Shown here piece by piece: positions 7,442-15,105 of a stretch of 15,905 nt of DNA. A model generated the notes under the pieces. That model ran no database searches. It was not told the origin of the DNA and saw only the letters and a list, made by a program, of their open reading frames with translations. Position numbers and translations under genes: made by a program. Where the stretch lies: NCBI GenBank assembly GCA_047611865.1, contig JBLFWS010000068.1:1-15905 (forward strand). The letters run 5' to 3'. Numbering within the stretch: position 1 is the first letter of the stretch; every line of letters starts with the position of its first letter. This DNA is from Chlamydiales bacterium (GTDB lineage Bacteria > Chlamydiota > Chlamydiia > Chlamydiales > JBDQID01).

Positions 7442-9085
7442 TTAGACTTGTAGTACACCCGTATGAAATCGGTTGGTTGGAGGAACAGATCTCTTGGTCA
7501 GCTCCAACATATGAATCAATGCCTCTCTTGTATTGTGAGGCTGGATAATAGCATCGATCCATCCACGGGCCGCACCGTATCGTATGTCCATATGTTCTTT
7601 ATAGCGCGCGACTAAATTCTGGCGCATATCTTCTAATTCATCAGGTTTCAAGCTTCGACCATCACGTTCGGCAGCTTTTTTCTGTACTGCAAAGAGGGTG
7701 TCTGCTGCTTGGCTTGATCCCATAACAGTAAATTTTGCATTAGGCCACGCTACAATGAAGTTAGGGTCGTAAGCCTTTCCGCAAAGGGCGTAGTTTCCAG
7801 CACCAAATGAGTTACCGACAACAACGGTTAACTTGGGAACAACAGAGTTGCTGACAACACTTACGAGCTTTGCTCCACTCCGGATGATGCCAGATTGCTC
7901 AGCTTCTCTCCCAACCATAAAACCCATAACGTCCTGGAGGAAGATTAATGGAATCTGTGTTTGGTTGCAATCCATAACAAAGCGCGCGGCTTTATCAGAA
8001 CTCTCTTTATAGATGACTCCGCCGATTTCGATGCCACCTTGCTTGGGTTGAGTCTGGATTCTCTGATTGGCTACAATGCCTACTGGGTGGCCGCCAATTT
8101 TTGCGTAGACCGTGACTAGTGCCTGTCCATATTTTGCTTTGAACTCTTCCATGGAGCCTGAGTCAACGATACATTTTATTAGGTCACGTGCGTCATAGGC
8201 TTTGTTGCCGTCGCCACCAACCAAGTCGTAAACGGTATCGGCAGGAAACTCTGGAGCTGGACCTTCGTATTTTTTGCCTTCATTATCGGGGAGAAAATCC
8301 ACAAGGGAGCGCAGTCTTTTCAGGCAGCTTGCATCGTCTACTTCATGAAAGTCTACGGTGCCACTTATTTCTGCGTGCATGGTTGCGCCGCCTAATTCTT
8401 CCGTGCCGACCTTTTGCCCAATGGCTGCTTCTACTAGAGAGGGGCCAGCAAGAAAGAGACCGCTTCCCTCTGTCATCAAAAGTTTATCACAAAGGACAGG
8501 AAGATACCCGCCTCCAGCGATGCAATTTCCCATTACAGCAGCAAACTGGGGGATACCAGCGGCTGAAAGCACGGCGTTGTTGCGGAATATTCTGCCAAAG
8601 TCGTCTTCGTCAGGAAAAATCTCATCTTGTAGAGGAAGAAAAACCCCGGCGGAGTCTACCAGGTAAATCAAAGGCAAACGACATTCGCTTGCGATTCTTT
8701 GTGCGCGCAACACTTTTTTCACGGACTGAGGAAAAAAGGCCCCCGCTTTTACTGTGGCGTCGTTAGCGACAATCATACACTGTCTTCCCTGGACAGGGCC
8801 AATGCCAGTAATTACACCAGCAGCAGGGACATCTCCCCATTCTTCGTACATCTTGTATGCAGCCCATAGGCCTAATTCAAAAAAGTAGGCGTTTTTGTCG
8901 AGGAGGTGGGAGATGCGTTCTCTGGCAATCATCCGCCCTAGCCTCCGTTGTCGCTGTTCTCCAGCGTTACCTCCGCCACGGCGAATGATAGCCTCAAGAT
9001 TCCTAAACTCTTCAGCAAGCTCTTTCAAAGTAGGTGAGATAGTTTTTGCCTCTTGTTGACGGCCTTTTTTCTCGGCTTTTTTCAT
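7442..9085 (-). CDS. Acyl-CoA carboxylase carboxyltransferase (beta) subunit, methylcrotonyl-CoA carboxylase-like
   Basis: ARERI..LLD, VANDATVKAG, YLVDSAG.FLP.QDE.FPD, GSFGAGNY-like motif NSFGAGNYALCG; ATGA overlap with the upstream gene. Confidence 0.94.
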   Translation of the reverse strand: MKKAEKKGRQQEAKTISPTLKELAEEFRNLEAIIRRGGGNAGEQRQRRLGRMIARERISHLLDKNAYFFELGLWAAYKMYEEWGDVPAAGVITGIGPVQGRQCMIVANDATVKAGAFFPQSVKKVLRAQRIASECRLPLIYLVDSAGVFLPLQDEIFPDEDDFGRIFRNNAVLSAAGIPQFAAVMGNCIAGGGYLPVLCDKLLMTEGSGLFLAGPSLVEAAIGQKVGTEELGGATMHAEISGTVDFHEVDDASCLKRLRSLVDFLPDNEGKKYEGPAPEFPADTVYDLVGGDGNKAYDARDLIKCIVDSGSMEEFKAKYGQALVTVYAKIGGHPVGIVANQRIQTQPKQGGIEIGGVIYKESSDKAARFVMDCNQTQIPLIFLQDVMGFMVGREAEQSGIIRSGAKLVSVVSNSVVPKLTVVVGNSFGAGNYALCGKAYDPNFIVAWPNAKFTVMGSSQAADTLFAVQKKAAERDGRSLKPDELEDMRQNLVARYKEHMDIRYGAARGWIDAIIQPHNTREALIHMLELTKRSVPPTNRFHTGVLQV

Positions 9086-10845
9086 ACGATACCTACACCG
9101 GAAAGTTGGTCGGAAAGGGATTCGATTTCTTCGTCGCAGTTACTAAAGAGGGAACCCAGTTGTTCTTCTATAAGAGCAAAAGCATAATGACAGTAGAACT
9201 TGCCAGTAGCGAGCTCATCTTTCAAGACTTTGGGGTCTAAACCTTTTTCCTGAATCCTTCCGTCAAGTTTACTTAGCACGGCGGTGGTGGTGTAGATAGC
9301 CATAACTGAGGTGGAAATGCGATCCAGACTAAGTTGTTTCTCTACAATATTTTCGCGGTATTTACTTAGGAGGCGAGCGACGGCAACGGAGAATTTGCGA
9401 ATGCATTTTCCTAGCTTGGCGGCTTCTTCTTTTAAGAGATCGGATTGGACAGGGACATCGGGGTTTCTTACATAGTTTAGGCATTGGCGACCAAAACCCT
9501 TGATATGCTTGAATTCGGAAATCGGATGTGAAAAAGCTTCAGAAACATGCTTAAACTGCATCCCTACATCACGAATACCTATGAGGGCGATAAAAGCTCT
9601 TAATACCTCGTTGGAGCCTTCTCCAATAGTATTTAAGCGTGCATCACGCATCATTCTTTCAAAGGGCTGATCTGTAAAGAATGATCGTCCACCATAAATT
9701 TGCATGGTATCGTAGAGCATAGTCCATACGCAGTCGCTGTTGAAGACTTTGAGGATAGCCGCTTCAAGCATGAACTCCTCAAGGCCTCTGTCTACGAGGC
9801 TGGCAGTAAGGTAGGTGGTAGCGTCCATGGCATAAGCCATAGCTGACATGAGGGAAAGCTTTTTCTTCACAAGAGGAAAGGAGGCCAAAGGGCGCTTGAA
9901 CTGATGTCTTTGGCTTGCGTGTTCCAGGGCTTTCTCTACGAGGTATTTTCCTGCTCCTGTACATGTTGCTCCAAAGGTCACGCGACCATAATCTAAAACC
10001 GTTAAGCATACTCTTAACCCCCCACCGATTGGGCCGAGGACGTTCTCTTCAGGAACAAGCATGTCTTCGAAAGCAAGATTGGCGGTTTTGGTTCCACGCA
10101 TCCCCACTTTTTCCAATGCGGGGTTTCTTACTATGAAACCAGGCATGTCGGGGGTTACGAGAAAGGCGGTAATTTTATCTTCAGGACCACGAGGGGTATC
10201 GACTGTTGTCTGAGCCATGACTGTCAATATGTCAGCAATAGAACCATTCGTTGTCCACTGTTTCATTCCATTGAGGCGATAGGCCTTCTTCTCCGGGACG
10301 TATTCAGCTCGGGTCTCTACGCCGCTGGCGTCAGATCCGGCTTTTTCTTCTGTCAAAGAAAAGGCAGCTATTTTTTCTCCACTTGTTAATGAGGGGAGCC
10401 ATTTGTTCTTTTGCTCATCGGTGCCGAAAAGTACAAGGGCTCTTAATCCGATGCTGTGGTGAACGTTGACAAAAAGGGCAGTAGAGGCACAATGGCTGGC
10501 GAGATTCTCCATGGCTTTGCAATAGCTGTATTGAGATCGGCCTAACCCCCCATATTCCTTGGGTGCTGTAATTCCTAAAAGCTTGATATCTTTTAGTCCT
10601 TGGATGACAGAGTCGGGAATGGACGCCTCGCGGTCAATTTTGTCGGCATCGATATTTTCCGTTGCCCAGCTATCAAGGCGTTTAACATAATCGTCAGTGA
10701 AGGCTTGCTCTTCATCATTTGGTTTGTAATGGGGGAAGGCGCTGGGGGAATGAAAAACTCCAAAGTAGAGCATTTTTGCAAAGCTTAGCTTCTCCTCTCC
10801 TGAAAACAAGAGTTCTTCTAGTAGGCGTTTTTGATCTTCGTCCAT
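9082..10845 (-). CDS. Acyl-CoA dehydrogenase, long ACAD9/VLCAD-like form
   Basis: AFSLTE..AGSDA, LNG.KQW.TNG, EKVGMRG, R.QF.RPL..F, ERMMRDAR...IGEGSNE, plus C-terminal extension. Confidence 0.95.
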   Translation of the reverse strand: MDEDQKRLLEELLFSGEEKLSFAKMLYFGVFHSPSAFPHYKPNDEEQAFTDDYVKRLDSWATENIDADKIDREASIPDSVIQGLKDIKLLGITAPKEYGGLGRSQYSYCKAMENLASHCASTALFVNVHHSIGLRALVLFGTDEQKNKWLPSLTSGEKIAAFSLTEEKAGSDASGVETRAEYVPEKKAYRLNGMKQWTTNGSIADILTVMAQTTVDTPRGPEDKITAFLVTPDMPGFIVRNPALEKVGMRGTKTANLAFEDMLVPEENVLGPIGGGLRVCLTVLDYGRVTFGATCTGAGKYLVEKALEHASQRHQFKRPLASFPLVKKKLSLMSAMAYAMDATTYLTASLVDRGLEEFMLEAAILKVFNSDCVWTMLYDTMQIYGGRSFFTDQPFERMMRDARLNTIGEGSNEVLRAFIALIGIRDVGMQFKHVSEAFSHPISEFKHIKGFGRQCLNYVRNPDVPVQSDLLKEEAAKLGKCIRKFSVAVARLLSKYRENIVEKQLSLDRISTSVMAIYTTTAVLSKLDGRIQEKGLDPKVLKDELATGKFYCHYAFALIEEQLGSLFSNCDEEIESLSDQLSGVGIV

Positions 10846-10874
10846 GGATTCACCTCACGTAAAATTAGAAATTC

Positions 10875-10903
10875 TTGACATCACAGTTGTTTGAAGGTGT
10901 CAT
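10875..10903. promoter_or_regulatory. Dyad TGACA-N17-TGTCA in the divergent ACAD/sixA intergenic region
   Basis: TGACATC (10876-10882) vs GGTGTCA (10896-10902), 6/7 inverted match; the left half is also a perfect TTGACA. Confidence 0.3.
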
Positions 10904-10964
10904 TTTTTTTGAATACTTTTAAATTGAAATCGATTCTTTGACAAGTAAAAAAGGAGTGAACCCG

Positions 10965-11432
10965 ATGAGTACCCGACTAGTTGCCATACGTCATGCCAAA
11001 CCTTTAAGCGAAGGTTATGCAGAAGATGCCCTTCGCCCATTATCAGAAGAAGGAAAAAGCATTCAATTACGTGCAACAAAACAGCTGAAAGATGAGGGGA
11101 TTGTTCCTACATTAATTTTGAGCTCACCACTACTGCGAGCCCAACAAACGGCTCAGGTGATCACTGACGTTTATAATCTTCCCTTTGAAGAAGAAAATGC
11201 TTTGGGATATGATTTTAACCAAGAGCTTCTTTTAAAAAGGATTCCATCACCTGAAGAAAACCAAACACTATTTCTTGTGGGACATGCTCCGACCTTAGGG
11301 CATTTTATCAACGCCTTGGTAGGGGAAAATGTTCTTCCTTACGGATTATCAAAAAGCTGTGCTGCTGTAGTGGATTTTAAAAATGAGGTTGGATTGGGGC
11401 AGGCTGAATTTGTGTCCTATTATCAGCCTTGA
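10965..11432 (+). CDS. sixA: Phosphohistidine phosphatase SixA family
   Basis: RHAK, D..RPLS.EG, SSPL.RA.QTA, LVGH.P; AGGAG RBS before ATG 10965. Confidence 0.9.
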   Translation: MSTRLVAIRHAKPLSEGYAEDALRPLSEEGKSIQLRATKQLKDEGIVPTLILSSPLLRAQQTAQVITDVYNLPFEEENALGYDFNQELLLKRIPSPEENQTLFLVGHAPTLGHFINALVGENVLPYGLSKSCAAVVDFKNEVGLGQAEFVSYYQP

Positions 11433-11490
11433 TTGTTGATCTTGTAGGAGATGCCTCTCTCCCGCTTGCAGATTAGAGAGGGGCCAAAGC

Positions 11491-11903
11491 TGGGGTGACA
11501 CAGATGAGGCTAAAATCCCATGATCTCCCCCTCAAGTCTTCCGGTTAAAACCCGTCCCATTTTTGTGGTGATTTTGTGGAATAGGCAACGCCTTCATGAG
11601 TCCGGCAGGACGACCCGATTAAAGCCTCGGGTGACTTGAGCTTGCGAGGGAACCCGTGGAGGAGAAAATAAAAAATAGAGCCTGAGGAACGAAGGCGATT
11701 GAAGCCTCTTACACCTTTCAGTCGCCCTCGCGGGCTCTGATTTTCTGTTCTCACTACCACGGATTCCTTCGCTCCGCTTAAGTCATCCGAGGCTTTGATC
11801 GGGGACCCTACGGGCTTTCGAAGTTGAGCGAAATTGGTACCACAACAAGGATGTAAAAAAAAAAATCTAACTAGCCGTATATGGTAGCATCTGTGTCACC
11901 CCA
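11491..11903. mobile_element. Non-autonomous MITE, 413 bp
   Basis: Perfect 16-bp TIR TGGGGTGACACAGATG (11491-11506) / CATCTGTGTCACCCCA (11888-11903); 9-bp direct repeat GGCCAAAGC at 11482-11490 and 11904-11912 (alternative parse: 17-bp TIR with 7-bp TSD); no transposase. Confidence 0.92.
11563..11845 (+). other. Long nested inverted repeat predicted to fold as a rod-like RNA or ssDNA inside the MITE
   Basis: Nested stems 11563-70/11838-45, 11598-604/11811-17, 11614-59/11757-803, 11677-84/11731-38, 11694-703/11717-26. Confidence 0.85.
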
Positions 11904-12002
11904 GGCCAAAGCAGTGCTTAATGTATTAATGGGCTTGACTTTCACGTATAGTCTCGTAATACTTCATCCTATTTTTACTTGATTCCTAAGGTAAGTATTA
12001 TA

Positions 12003-12473
12003 ATGCCAGATACAGATATGGAAAATTCACTTAAAGATGACTTTCAGGCTTGTCGGAAGTACGCTCTCTATTTGTTGAACTTGCGAGTCTATACCGCCCA
12101 TAACTTTAAGAAAAAGTTACTTGAAAAGGAGTATTCTCTAGAGTCGAGTGAGAAAGTAGTTCGGGAATGTATCGAAAGGGGATACTTAAACGATCGTTTG
12201 TGGTCAGAGAGCTTTGTTCGGGTTCAGAAAGGGAGGAAATACGGGCAAGCGATAATCGCACAAAAGCTTAAGATAAAGGGCATTGAAGAGGGCCTTATAG
12301 CTGAGGTTCTTGAGAAATATCGTGACACGGATGGGGATCAAGAAAACATAAGAACTTTACTAGAGACACGTTATCGCAACAGAAATCTTGAAGACCCTCG
12401 GGAAAAGCAGAAAGTCATAGCTTCTCTTCTTCGGAGAGGATTTGATTACACCTCCATCCTTAAAAGCCTGTAA
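12003..12473 (+). CDS. recX: Regulatory protein RecX
   Basis: ALYLL..R, GYLND..WSESFV, KYG...I.QKLK.KGI, KVIASLLRRGF. Start uncertain (TTG 11979, ATG 12003 or ATG 12018). Confidence 0.9.
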   Translation: MPDTDMENSLKDDFQACRKYALYLLNLRVYTAHNFKKKLLEKEYSLESSEKVVRECIERGYLNDRLWSESFVRVQKGRKYGQAIIAQKLKIKGIEEGLIAEVLEKYRDTDGDQENIRTLLETRYRNRNLEDPREKQKVIASLLRRGFDYTSILKSL

Positions 12474-12527
12474 TAAATTAAAAAAATAATTATAGTGAGG
12501 TGACAGGTAAAGGAAGGGGGTATTGTT

Positions 12528-13838
12528 TTGGAAGTCTTGTGGAAAGCAGCTTCACTACAGCAAGCGTTGAATATTTTGACGGAATGGTTTTACCACTATG
12601 TTTTTGATACCAGCACGTTTCTCCAACTCTTAGGAACTCTTTCTGTACTTGTCTTTTCCTATTTCGTAACGAAGCCCTTAAAAGCTTTTATTCAGTCGCA
12701 CTTTCAGATAAAACCTGAACTCATACAGCTAAAGGAAACCCTCCTCGATTTGATGTTTCCAGCTCTATGGTGTCTTTTGCAATGGGCAATTGTCGTAGCA
12801 AGCCAGCAGATAGAAGAGCAGACCTTTCTTTCAAGAATCGTGGCAAGTCTTTTGACAGCTTGGCTGGTGATTCGCTTTATGACAGGGTTTGTGAGAGAAG
12901 CTGCTCTGGCAAGATTTATCGCTCTTACGACTTGGACTTTAGCGGCTTTCGATATAGTAGGTATACTTCAACCAACTCTTCAGGTCCTGGACTCTATATC
13001 TATGGACGTGGGAGAGTTGCATATCTCAGTTCTTTCAATAGGAAAAGGTTTAGTTACTCTTCTTGTTCTTCTATGGGGAGCCACTTTTGTGTCACGCTTG
13101 ATTGAGGTAAGGCTAAAATCCTACACGGATTTAGCGCCCTCTCTTCAAGTGTTGTTTAGTAAGTTTACAAAAGTGACTTTTGTCATACTGGCGATTGTAT
13201 TTGGCTTCACCAGCATGGGAATAGATATGTCGGCATTTGCCGTGATTGGTGGTGCAGTTGGTGTGGGTATTGGTTTCGGTTTACAAAAGGTTGTTTCCAA
13301 CCTTATCTGCGGAATCATTCTTCTGGTAGATCGCTCAATAAAGCCGGGTGATGTGGTAGCTCTGGAACAGGGTCTTACATACGGAGTGGTTAACAAGCTT
13401 ACTGCTCGATGTGTATCAGTACGTACGCGCTCGGGTAAGGAACATCTCATTCCAAACGAAGACTTTATTACCCAGAAAGTAGAAAACTGGTCTTACACAG
13501 ATAGTAACGTTCGTATTAAGCTTCCAATAGGAGTCGCCTACGATAGTGACGTTGAAAAAGTGATAGACCTTTTGAAACAAGCTGCAAACGATGTAGTCAG
13601 AGTGAACAAAGTTCCTGCTCCGGCTGTCCGACTTCAGGAGTTTGGCGATAACTCCATTAATTTTGAGCTGAGAATTTGGATACGGGATCCTCAAAATGGA
13701 ATCACCAATGTGAGAAGTGAGGTGTATGTGATTCTCTGGAAACTTTTTAAAGAAAATGAGATCAGAATACCCTATCCACAGAGAGATCTACACTTGAGAT
13801 CTGTAAGTCCTGAGAGCGCTGGGATTTTTCAATCATAA
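12528..13838 (+). CDS. MscS-family mechanosensitive channel with extra N-terminal TM helices
   Basis: GAVGVGIGFGLQKVVSN.I.GIILL.DRSIKPGD, LIPNEDFITQKVENWS, GVAYDSD, FGDNSINFEL, IPYPQRDLH; TTG start after a G-rich RBS. Confidence 0.94.
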   Translation: MEVLWKAASLQQALNILTEWFYHYVFDTSTFLQLLGTLSVLVFSYFVTKPLKAFIQSHFQIKPELIQLKETLLDLMFPALWCLLQWAIVVASQQIEEQTFLSRIVASLLTAWLVIRFMTGFVREAALARFIALTTWTLAAFDIVGILQPTLQVLDSISMDVGELHISVLSIGKGLVTLLVLLWGATFVSRLIEVRLKSYTDLAPSLQVLFSKFTKVTFVILAIVFGFTSMGIDMSAFAVIGGAVGVGIGFGLQKVVSNLICGIILLVDRSIKPGDVVALEQGLTYGVVNKLTARCVSVRTRSGKEHLIPNEDFITQKVENWSYTDSNVRIKLPIGVAYDSDVEKVIDLLKQAANDVVRVNKVPAPAVRLQEFGDNSINFELRIWIRDPQNGITNVRSEVYVILWKLFKENEIRIPYPQRDLHLRSVSPESAGIFQS

Positions 13839-13840
13839 TA

Positions 13841-14050
13841 GGCGTTGTTGCATAAAACATGCGTATACAAGAGGCTTATGATTAACATTTTACCGCCGAG
13901 ATCACAGAGGACACAGAGGAAATAAAAAATCACAGATCAGTTGATATCATATTATGAGAGACTTTATGTATTTTTCTATCTCTCTGTGTTCTCGGTGCTC
14001 TCTGTGGTTAAATAAATGATTGTAAATGTATTAAGTTATGCAACAACGCC
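13841..14050. mobile_element. Non-autonomous MITE, 210 bp, with IS5-family IS903-group-like ends
   Basis: Perfect 15-bp TIR GGCGTTGTTGCATAA (13841-13855) / TTATGCAACAACGCC (14036-14050); 9-bp TSD ATCATAATA at 13832-13840 and 14051-14059. IS903 ends begin GGCTTTGTTGAATAA and make 9-bp TSDs. Confidence 0.92.
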
Positions 14051-14071
14051 ATCATAATAGCGTTGTTGCAT
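14038..14071. terminator. Perfect 12-bp hairpin formed by the MITE right end and an adjacent third IR copy; possible terminator between convergent genes
   Basis: ATGCAACAACGC (14038-14049), 10-nt loop, GCGTTGTTGCAT (14060-14071), followed by TATTT. Confidence 0.45.
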
Positions 14072-14133
14072 TATTTACTGGTCGACGCGGAGACATAGGT
14101 AACAAGACCAGTCATAGCTATGAATTTGTAGAC

Positions 14134-14999
14134 CTAGGACTCTTCTTTCTCGAATTCTACTTCGAGAAGTTCAGGAGAATCAGGAAGGCCTAAGTTAGAG
14201 CTTGCTACTTCTTCTTCTATAACGATCATATTATCGCTAGGGATAATAGCTCCTAGGAGGACGTTTTCAACGACAGCTCCTATTGCACCAGGGACAAAAC
14301 CTTCTCCAAAACCATAAGCAATTCGAGATACGTCGTAGAGTTTGATTTTTTCTTCGAGGATTTTTCTTTCATACTGCATATGTGTAGGGGTACTTCTGAG
14401 TTTATCAGAGGCGTGGGATTTTCGAACTTGAGTAGCAGTTAGGCTGCCCAGAGTGACAACACCTGAACTAAGAATGATGTACAGGCAAGAGGCGCGTCGC
14501 CAAGGGCTATTTGGGCGAAACCAGCACCTGCTAACCCTCCAGCAATTCTTCCTGCGAACTTAGGATCTTTCATTTGCTTCAGCATCAGCAAAGCTTTGTC
14601 GTGGGTGTTTTTCCAGGCATTTTTTGGGTGGGAGATGGTGTAGGCTGTTCCCGCAGGAATATAATATATAGCTTTTTCCAGCAAAAGAGGGGTGGATAGT
14701 GTGCTTCCTAAAAGGACTTTTCCGATTTTCACAGAGCTTCGGTCCCTTTCATTGATATAGGTGAATTTTCCTGCAGAGTGAAAATGTTGGGTAGCTTTCC
14801 TGTGGATGGTGTTACCAGCATGATCACTGGAGACACGTAGCTTTCCCTGTAGTTCACCACCGGTAGCCATTAGATGTCTACAGGTTTTTCTGGGGCTAGG
14901 CATATGAGGTTTTACAAGCTTTATTTTTAGAATATCTTTCAGGGGTCTGTTAACGGTTTTTTGAGTTTGCAGAGCAGGTGGTTTTTTGGGACTTTTCAA
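14134..14999 (-). pseudogene. Frameshifted hypothetical membrane protein with an Inc-like bilobed hydrophobic segment
   Basis: ORFs 14439-14999 and 14134-14379 join into one frame if one base is restored near 14485. The frame stays open upstream to ~15080 without an ATG. Confidence 0.6.
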
Positions 15000-15105
15000 T
15001 TGAGGCCAGTATCTTCCTGCACTCGAAGAAGTTTTTATTTTAGGCTCATCTATAGGGGTATTAAAAAAAAATAGTTGAGTTGTCTATTCCGATTTTATTA
15101 TGTTT

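Noticed and set aside
1541..10788. Short antisense or overlapping ORFs inside topB, rlmB and the acyl-CoA operon (e.g. 1923-2255, 8188-8766, 8358-8666)
   Set aside because: They are shadows of well-supported genes with no recognisable motifs
10938..10964. TTG start for sixA at 10938
   Set aside because: The AGGAG RBS sits directly before ATG 10965, and SixA proteins begin just before the RH motif
11453..11484. Intrinsic terminator for sixA
   Set aside because: A 7-8 bp stem is possible, but the loop is long and there is no U-tract
11682..11695. Hammerhead ribozyme core (CUGAGGA...GAA) implying a viroid-like RNA
   Set aside because: No room for stem II and GAAG instead of GAAA; TIRs and TSD point to DNA transposition
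11545..11760. 71-aa ORF inside the MITE as a transposase or toxin
   Set aside because: No transposase motifs, no hydrophobic toxin-like helix, no clear RBS; the sequence is explained by palindromic structure
12767..13694. Alternative ORFs within mscS
   Set aside because: They overlap a confident gene and have no independent support
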